This document shows, piece after piece, positions 59,201 to 64,000 of a stretch of 64,000 nt of DNA (position 1 is the first letter of the stretch; each line of letters starts with the position of its first letter). This DNA comes from a virus. Location of the stretch: IMG/VR virus record IMGVR_UViG_3300032288_005778, positions 18,389-82,388 of that record; one strand, written 5' to 3'. The notes under the pieces were generated by a model, which saw nothing but the letters and a program-made list of their open reading frames with translations, was not told where the DNA came from and did no database searches. The position numbers and the translations under genes are program-made.

Positions 59201-62200
59201 AATGGAACTCAGTAGATTTGTTAAGAAACCACCTTCTTTTAAGATATTGTTTTCCAGTAAATTCTTAACAATTGAATTACCCAGTCTTAACACCATACCA
59301 CCAACAAAAGGTATGGCAAAACTTAGTTTAGGAAGTAGTTGAAAACTGCGAGGTATAAATTTTAAGAACCAAGGCAACATACTCCTGGTTTGAGACAATA
59401 AAGCCTGATGTAGTGGTTGTTTAAGCGTGTCTGCCAAAGAAAACAAAGCTGCGTTAACAGCATTCCGCATGACTTGACCCAATGAAGCATAACCAGACAA
59501 GGTGCTTTGGCGGATGCTTGCACTAACGGCATTAAAAATATTTGTCACCAAATCAGTACCTAAATTTAAATACTGGTTTAATAATGTAGGTGGCAAGGGT
59601 CGTACAGGGTTTAAGTTGGGGTTGTCGCTTATACTTGGGACTGAACTTGTGCTTGGATTTGGGTTAACAGGAAATGTGTATGCTGGTACGGTACTTCCAA
59701 GAGTTTGAGGCGGGAAAACATATTTTGGCGCAGTAGTACCAGCAGGTTGGGGAATAAAGGATGGTACGGTAGACGAAAGTGTAACAGGTATTTGTCCAAT
59801 AGGCAATTTACTAGCTTGTTTAAACGCTTGAGTAGAACGCAGTGATGTTAGCCAAGAGTCAGGTATTGGACCATATTGCCCAGCCATTTGATTGCTTAAT
59901 TGTTTGACTGTTTGCGTAGGCAAAGGTGGTGTAGACAAAGGTGGTGTAGTCCAAGGATCTGGTATGGGCGCAAAACGAGAAGAGACCGTTACCTTATTCC
60001 CGGCAATGGTAGCTTGTATTTGTTTGTTAGCAGCAATTAAAGCACTTATACTATTTTGTGCCAGTGAATGAGTTGATCTTATGGCTGGTGACAGCCCTTG
60101 AACAACCGGTAAAATCAATTGTGCATCGGGTTTAGGCGTAAACTTTTGAGATGAGATGATCTGTGCGTTAGGATTGGGTGCAAAGTTCTTGCCGGAAAGT
60201 ATCTGTACGTTAGGATTGGATACAAAGTTTTTGCTAGAAAGTATCTGTGCGTTGGGATTGGATACAAAGTTCCCTGGTAAAATTATTGGGCTAGTACGCT
60301 GTGTTGTTGGTGGTTGGGATCTTGATAGTTGCGTCATCGGTTGTTGAGCAACGATTTCTCTAGCCAATCTCTGTAGATTAGACTGAGTTTGTACAAACGA
60401 ATTGATGTTTAAACGTTCTCTAGCAGGTGGCAATAGAAATTGAGTTTTTGTTGTTTGCTTGACAGTGTTAACTAGTTGCTCAACTGAATCGTTCCAAGGA
60501 TCTGGGATTGAAGGAATGGTAGTTTGTGTCCGCTGAACTGGTGGTACATTGGTTACGGGTTCAATAATCTCTCTTGCATAAACGGGGACAGGAGGAAGTG
60601 CTGGCAACTGGGTTATTTTTGGTGTTGGGGTGTCATTAACGCCCAGCATCATTCGGTTGTATGCGTTTCTAGCCTTACGATAATTATTGTTATCTTCTGC
60701 TAAAGCGCGTTTTACAGCTTGACTGTATTCTTGATCTGTTTGTCCTGGCTGTCTTTCCGGCACTGGGGTTTTAGGTGCTACAAATCTAGGTGGTTGGTAA
60801 GCTGCTGTGTTTACAACTGACCGATTTGATGCTAATAATTCGTCAATCGACTGACCTTTTATCCCCAGCCTTTTTGAAAATTCAACTATTCTTAATAATA
60901 TAGAATTAAAGCCCGCATCAAGACCCCTGAGAACATCGGGATCTATTGGGTTTCCATCAGCGCGAGCGATCGCAAAATGATGAGCAGCTAAAGTTCTTTG
61001 TTCTTGAAAATCATCAACAAGTCTGTTGTGAACAATGCTTTGAAGTGGGGTGAGATTTGCCGATTTCTTGTTTAAATAACCAAGTAAATTAGAGCTAGAA
61101 AGAACATTACTGGCAATACCTTCATGCCCAAAATCGGCACCAAAGTTAACACCAACGTCGGACAATAAATCTTGAATCTTGAGTTTTTGGAAGTGTTCTT
61201 TGGTGGCTTTGATATGGGCTTGTGCTTGGCTTTCTAAATCTAAATCTTGTTGGAATACAGGGTTCATTGGAAGAGGAGTATCCCAAGGATCAGCGATCGC
61301 GTTCCTAATGTCTTCTGCCATGTTTCTAGCAGCATTAACAGCGGTCTGGGCTTGGTTGTTAATACCAATAGCATGGGAACTGGCGTAATTTTCCCCAGTA
61401 TCAATACCTTCACCTGATGGTGATGCTATTCTAAATACTTTTTTGATCGCACTGAGTATGCCCTTGGCAAACTTGGTGACTATTCCTAGTACACCGCCAT
61501 TTGCAGACATAAACCCTTGTGCAAAAGAAGATATTAAGTTGCCGCCTATTTCTTTAAGGTTAAATCCACTATTAAATAAATCTTTAACTTTATTTATTTT
61601 GTCACCAATACCTTCACTACTTGGATTATTCGCTTTAAACTGAGCTAACAAAATATTATGCAACCGAGATTGCATATCGCTATCACCTCTTACCCCTGCC
61701 ATTCTATGAGCAGAAATCAAAGACAATGCGCTTTCTTTTGTCATATCATTATTTGGGTTTTCAAGCTTATCATATATATCTTCTGCTACCAGCCTATTTT
61801 TGTAATCGCCGGATTTTTCTTGTTGATCAAGTTGTTGATAATACTCTTCATATTGCTTGTTTAGTTGACTAGAAACAGGATCAAAAATATTATCAAATAC
61901 CTTTTTAAATTTACTTCCTTCTCCAAAATCTTTTTTGACTGCTGAAACAAGGCTTTTAATGCCTCCTTCATCACTTGACTGAGTGGCTTTAATATATTTT
62001 GATATCTCTGGATGTTCCAAGAATGATTTTAAGTTTGGATTACCTTTAATGCTTTTAGATTTTAAATAAGGTTTTGTTGCTAAATCAATAAGATCATCAA
62101 ATTCATCTTTATTTAAATTATGGGTTTGAATATAGGGTGATCCGCCTATTACGGACGAATGAACAGAATGCCCTAACTGAAAATCATGCTTTTCTTTATT

Positions 62201-64000
62201 CAAAAAAGAAAATAGTTCTCGCCCAGTATTGGTGTCATACTTAGAATAAGCTTTTGAGCCACCAAAGTCAGTAGACTCTAACCCCAGTAAATTAACTAGC
62301 CACTGGTTTTTATCAAGCATTGAATATATTTTTTTACCAAAATTATTAGGTAAACTAAATGGAGTATTTTTGTCAGTTTCCTCGCTATTGTGCCAGTCAT
62401 AAACATCATTAATCTGTAATCCACCATCTTTAGTTTGGGTGTAATTAAATCCGCCTAATGTATGTGCAAGGGTAGGTAAGTTTTCATGCTTAACCATATT
62501 CACAAAGCCACCATCAGGTAAATAACCTTCTTTTTCCGCAGCTTGCATCATATTAAAAATGGTGGCAATCTCTGCCTCTCGCGCTAAAGCAGAATTAAGT
62601 TTATGCACTTGTGCTGTTCCTTGATAGAAAGCCCCTAAATGCCTTAAAGGCGTTTCAATATTTTTGGGTGTCAATCCTGAATTAGCTAAACCCATCATAA
62701 TAGTTCCAATCATAGAACCAAACGCAGTAGGCTTACTTATTCCTTTGGACTCATCGTAAACTTTTTGGGTTAATTCAGAATTTGGACTAGATGCGTTTAA
62801 AGTTGCTTCCTGAAAAGCCTCAATATTTTGTGACGGCAAAGATTGCAAGGACTTCATCTTGTTGATTACCATGTCCGTTAATCCATCAGTGGCACTGGAA
62901 ACATCAATAACACCTTTTTTAATCCCTATAGCCAACCCTGACGCTATCATTAATCCCAATGCTATCATCACCTTCGATGGTGAACTAATGCCCATGTTCT
63001 GCTTGATTTGGGACTGAATTGAATCACCTAATCCAGTGATCGCATTAGTAGCAATACCAGCATTTTTGAGTATACCCTGTTCTAATCCTTTGACAACATC
63101 CTTACCCGTCTGGACAAAATTAGCTACTGGTGCAAACTTACTTATAGCTGCATTACCCAGAGAAGCTGCTGTTCCCATTGCCACAGCCCCAGCGTTGTAC
63201 AGGTTAGCGTCGTTGCCACCGTGCATATCAGGAATTACTTTTAAGCCACCACCAAACATTTTTAACGCTTCGGCGCGTCCTATTTTATTTGCTTTTAAAT
63301 ATTGAGGAAGTACATTTTTAAATGTACTAGCGTAATTCAGTGTAGAGTCTTGTTGTGTTTGTTGCTTAGTATCTTGGTGTGCTTGTTTTAAGGACTTAGC
63401 GATCGCCATAGTTCTGAAAGCAGCCGCTACGCCGTCGTTAGCCGATCCTATGGGATTGGTGAAAGCCTTTAATCCTAGTGGAGTAACGAGTTCCGTGCCA
63501 AATTTAGCGATGTTGACTAAATGGTCAACAGCTTCTCTAGGTTGGGTAAAGGTCTTGTCTGTTACCGCATCTTTAACAAAGTTTTTGGCTGTCCCATAAG
63601 TAGCTTGGAATAAAGTCTGATCTGGGTTAGCCGCGTGGTGTTCCCCAACCTTATCAAGCATATTTAAACCCGTGCTAGTGGCGGACATAGCAATCATAGC
63701 TTTGTTGCTAATGTCGCTTAAATTGGGTATCATATACGTACCCGCCAAGCCTAAGCTAGATAAATCATTGAGAGGGTCAAATGCAGATTTAACGGTTGTC
63801 ACCATTTTCCTAGCACCCTCGGACACTTTGCTGTTCCCCTTCTGCATCCCAAAGAACAACCCAGAAGCTATCATCATCCCAATCTCAAACATCACCCAAG
63901 ATGGAGACTGGATTTTCATTTTAGCTTCAACAGTTTCAATTAAGTCATCAAGCATCTGTCTGGCAGCAGTTGACACGCCATCAGAGCCATGCTTAACACC
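50228..64000 (-). CDS. Giant tape measure protein (>4590 aa), 5'-truncated by window
   Basis: Tape-measure domain QILAKGKLSMEELRQQLGE; I.SPS motifs; long coiled coils; C-terminal FA.GG.V...EGE.IL...RPGG; frame open to base 64000. Confidence 0.92.
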   Translation of the reverse strand, partial: GVKHGSDGVSTAARQMLDDLIETVEAKMKIQSPSWVMFEIGMMIASGLFFGMQKGNSKVSEGARKMVTTVKSAFDPLNDLSSLGLAGTYMIPNLSDISNKAMIAMSATSTGLNMLDKVGEHHAANPDQTLFQATYGTAKNFVKDAVTDKTFTQPREAVDHLVNIAKFGTELVTPLGLKAFTNPIGSANDGVAAAFRTMAIAKSLKQAHQDTKQQTQQDSTLNYASTFKNVLPQYLKANKIGRAEALKMFGGGLKVIPDMHGGNDANLYNAGAVAMGTAASLGNAAISKFAPVANFVQTGKDVVKGLEQGILKNAGIATNAITGLGDSIQSQIKQNMGISSPSKVMIALGLMIASGLAIGIKKGVIDVSSATDGLTDMVINKMKSLQSLPSQNIEAFQEATLNASSPNSELTQKVYDESKGISKPTAFGSMIGTIMMGLANSGLTPKNIETPLRHLGAFYQGTAQVHKLNSALAREAEIATIFNMMQAAEKEGYLPDGGFVNMVKHENLPTLAHTLGGFNYTQTKDGGLQINDVYDWHNSEETDKNTPFSLPNNFGKKIYSMLDKNQWLVNLLGLESTDFGGSKAYSKYDTNTGRELFSFLNKEKHDFQLGHSVHSSVIGGSPYIQTHNLNKDEFDDLIDLATKPYLKSKSIKGNPNLKSFLEHPEISKYIKATQSSDEGGIKSLVSAVKKDFGEGSKFKKVFDNIFDPVSSQLNKQYEEYYQQLDQQEKSGDYKNRLVAEDIYDKLENPNNDMTKESALSLISAHRMAGVRGDSDMQSRLHNILLAQFKANNPSSEGIGDKINKVKDLFNSGFNLKEIGGNLISSFAQGFMSANGGVLGIVTKFAKGILSAIKKVFRIASPSGEGIDTGENYASSHAIGINNQAQTAVNAARNMAEDIRNAIADPWDTPLPMNPVFQQDLDLESQAQAHIKATKEHFQKLKIQDLLSDVGVNFGADFGHEGIASNVLSSSNLLGYLNKKSANLTPLQSIVHNRLVDDFQEQRTLAAHHFAIARADGNPIDPDVLRGLDAGFNSILLRIVEFSKRLGIKGQSIDELLASNRSVVNTAAYQPPRFVAPKTPVPERQPGQTDQEYSQAVKRALAEDNNNYRKARNAYNRMMLGVNDTPTPKITQLPALPPVPVYAREIIEPVTNVPPVQRTQTTIPSIPDPWNDSVEQLVNTVKQTTKTQFLLPPARERLNINSFVQTQSNLQRLAREIVAQQPMTQLSRSQPPTTQRTSPIILPGNFVSNPNAQILSSKNFVSNPNVQILSGKNFAPNPNAQIISSQKFTPKPDAQLILPVVQGLSPAIRSTHSLAQNSISALIAANKQIQATIAGNKVTVSSRFAPIPDPWTTPPLSTPPLPTQTVKQLSNQMAGQYGPIPDSWLTSLRSTQAFKQASKLPIGQIPVTLSSTVPSFIPQPAGTTAPKYVFPPQTLGSTVPAYTFPVNPNPSTSSVPSISDNPNLNPVRPLPPTLLNQYLNLGTDLVTNIFNAVSASIRQSTLSGYASLGQVMRNAVNAALFSLADTLKQPLHQALLSQTRSMLPWFLKFIPRSFQLLPKLSFAIPFVGGMVLRLGNSIVKNLLENNILKEGGFLTNLLSSITRIDLSALSGTKTAGVAGFLKNIASPVPLLVGSRFNPLLGLGISSASPLYDAFSGILGLDKSVNPNPKKQAPTIEKVLQDQTKINRKKALLRDVKEVGTSTNINTGVGQNLAANASIASKELVENLGNTLLNSVLNSLDVPVIPRSVIQKLIGRKMGERSATIADAINAFGVEKSKAEQLLEKTVQSGRTDVGARADILTKQILRERGVTESVRNAMTPEQLAAAREKITKSPIDLTARERKLLKFMGDFESHAARMGNDVATRKRDAMAMSVLQERGMSRAERKQVQQSQGGQGLSNFADNLRDNPRTGGFMGRFTEAYASNDQDAMKELVKQGLRKTGMSAKQINNIDPKLLDTATAGLMTTLSGLQAKFREKGFDMGKALAKGLKDSMVNLANAKDDLEYNAKKALGQANFGDSVGLIFRRMFRGTAATQSQFTEMYNQMGSGVKNLLFKDRSQGDEMFPNVLQFFGSIATTLAPITTMIGAITPLLLPLAPIITGIGMAVNMVAPHVAKLIDGIQRVEALQRRFKFLGGSTEGGKAEFNYAKDIANKLNVPSEVAANSYSQLAIAAKDSKMEGQGVKELFEGITSSLSALGINGQDASLVFVAYTQILAKGKLSMEELRQQLGEKFPPAMAVFAKAMGVSVPEMNALVASGGILSQDILPKVAKVLKEDYGNAAANQAGGLVVALNKLGNVGFEITTIFTDKLGGTLAFFVNSFANILGVLSGALKDLIPLAQSFMIGFAATISIGLTIILSKFKPFLVVMTSLQSFLLATFSAITTNMMPMVIGVMSDVADGWLGAEKNLMDNMFQGISNMFVTVFGTIDSVMRSMSNNQFSFSSMFGGLIQGAQQAGNIMEWLKGVFAGFFKIIPSGLVELLAIVFMLEQGTGLMVAALWPAIKGLWGGITGIFGATAKAFYGVMGTIKSVTELMMTSSAVAGNAMNDVAVRNARSMAIVQGGLAFLSKALLHFSIGYAALMFSKGDFSDPMRESINKSTADINRHLTDVRLNINKTTEAFNKATKSVEELGNGIANALPSKGVQLDIRSLWGGGDWKWDDAVRETNAKYRTDGKGGSPQGPSAMDVIGTGALYAGGAGYGYAAGAKAAKAIVDLAVKAGPILASNAALGSAAGPRMAVPLFGRLATAIAPVVAIMGPWGLAIAGLVAAIGLTTVALDLFAPKITEAQLNNAENQGGLPPEIKQIINAKKEGERLDLASQQVIKLYNDQKLNNERLREFANSAGLDGNPNNFVAPRATMSEKQRKEFEDTDKVKNINTDIENKRKSLKAIEDNADTEVEKSAARSGDPYKKVQAELAQLEKNKKLMQLNFMANYGNKSKMDAIDKQIEEKEKEIADHRSTYKYIDTRGGIRDPENRKQIAVREGLKEELENLKKQKATLQTNIGASAQRRLNYDEIKNIDARLKKAATEFVDLQEQLRTNPSSALRSKAGTTRELIKQLQKQREGFVGSFGDITPALKRSIKDTKDKIAEIQTKSDVPEAQRKVTTKQLRETLNQLEKMLATANQFSIAEISESMYTQATNALKDAETKYNANMNANKIASNLSQSKIYNKTNLTSQQIAPELSKQQIKDLETQQSELNKSLTVKESNLKNLNVALALGVGDMAGLTSEIEKLQQDIMKDKEQISQNVLEIAKARREANQALIDQTKQVAEYYRTNIRESELAVIEYKKAIVSIKNLGFANRLRQALIGAGTNIVTEFVEGLINIFQQLGEIENIRIDQERQKLEYRNSITDMELKMSELQRSIPGLDPSKLGQFNQSLKGIGGTLLDIGKEIERINKMLGVDVVNSTNGLNMALTRVSNTFSNLNSMPSIVISLPGNPNTPVPPSLFVPGDPITPISNPKKPNNDLYRQLGIPTKQSELPAINPTAIASMSKGVLVAGIASDVPYLPPQPQLVAQALPGGKPKNNKPKPPDNAIVSPIDGMNISEFNKENYSVNSDKKITIYGGETQKLLSSITGSLLKVNANTVEVQKKINGRLLKIRYEGLDIDKNIKFGKDKRASITAGQVLGTQDGMLEGSGGVDVSVTIDGIKKNPSKFFRDAVEGKRRNPITRFGNWFFDEIDPDTEKLGLVPQNVSPSWLKKLENVSPSWLKNLGRGAWNMTTSVFGFGKRVAENNPGSRPNQAPIGPVKKPYDEQQKRNQQQAPKTTKKTTPKTTKKTTKKTTPKTTPTKTLQNTARELTEKQIRGQTLDPKTQQRLIPEASTANTRTKTQLTKEQIRLSKEQERSTIIRALTDLRKLKIETENKIADTDLRTRRGKLNTRKMFLDSDPAATEQQKFDLAYAEESLRIDEEINNRRKIVRASQMPNLSGEEINNLVKRLQSLGIKTDGKELQKLYSALQSSNTKEAQSAQNQLNALVKNKPIILQRLLDDFKIRQKIAQNTRTSDNLGIDIGVLQSQLELLKQIEKSFPLNKDILQIPSMERIVAIVGLQNQKLKSENELLEQQRTKRGTMTKEDFERRRKAIETTYKLGIEKIDMQYNTDNLAKQIEREINALDVKILIEDVGIKNLDLQAKMFAATAADGMVDVANISKRATLEQESALNRLNREILDTQNNTKLTAEQRQQRIDALKVNSGLELGAIRKQSERDTRKGELQNQKAELDAGIKVSDSAKTVLEGKGNLAKALGLELAGERIDKQIAQINLNHEYAQKRMQLKQDIENMRISNENAIALRENLDAEMALKSEAIKIQYSEFSQVLKSFTGGFKSALKEFIWNKEGSSWADSLDKLWKGISNTILDSLAEIASKYMTDALFNWIQPPAQNLNTAALQLQQAAASLSAIGSNSPMPDFPGMAGSSVLSTMGLGNIDSFSPGDFDFSSFDFDALGSADFGSLDLSGFAKGGMIDEDTLGKIQNFANGGIVGAMNKERSLTGRTPHLVVASEGERILNHRETAIWNRLQSGITGFADGGIVGGGKGEMASRIGNTTTVNVPVSVSVSGNDSEVDSARLAQTVEALVSDGIRRQLRPGGSISRGNPYKR

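Larger units (their letters stand above)
1..64000. mobile_element. Cyanobacterial temperate siphophage / prophage (internal portion, no ends visible)
   Basis: Lambda-like tail-tip genes, tape measure, portal, BRO, XRE repressors, initiator+DnaB, many short phage-type ORFs; frequent HIP1 GCGATCGC; ORFs run off both window edges. Confidence 0.95.

Noticed and set aside
50468-63305. Many plus-strand ORFs opposite the tape measure gene
   Set aside because: Antisense shadows of a long coding frame
1-64000. Recurrent GCGATCGC as a novel repeat
   Set aside because: It is the known cyanobacterial HIP1 octamer; useful only as a host indicator
1-64000. tRNA/rRNA genes, integrase, terminase, major capsid, cas1/cas2
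   Set aside because: None recognisable; the phage genes presumably lie outside the window

Overview
The whole window is an internal part of a cyanobacterial temperate siphophage/prophage. Frequent HIP1 GCGATCGC sites, NblA and a cyanobacterial-type DnaN point to a filamentous Nostocales-like host (inference). Left to right it holds: an accessory/DNA-metabolism region (P-loop ATPase, HNH, dnaN, thymidylate synthase fusion, two DNA methyltransferases, L,D-transpeptidase-like protein, BRO antirepressor, nblA); promoter-led early gene cassettes; an XRE/RHH switch; a replication module (iteron-containing initiator plus DnaB); and a lambda-like tail-tip module interrupted by an inverted portal-MuF fusion and ending in a >4590-aa tape measure gene cut by the window edge. 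No integrase, terminase, capsid or cas1/cas2 is visible. Two features stand out. (1) A compact TnpB-derived type V (V-U/C2c8-like) CRISPR locus. Its first 37-nt repeat and apparent leader lie inside the effector ORF, and its distal repeats are interleaved with protein-coding genes, each preceded by repeat + identical linker + RBS. Next to it are a TRD-only R-M fragment and a WYL-less regulator N-terminus. (2) Two tandem pseudoknotted type I hammerhead ribozymes, each directly after a stop codon, bracketing a 412-nt ORF-containing unit. All protein calls come from motif recognition, not database searches.
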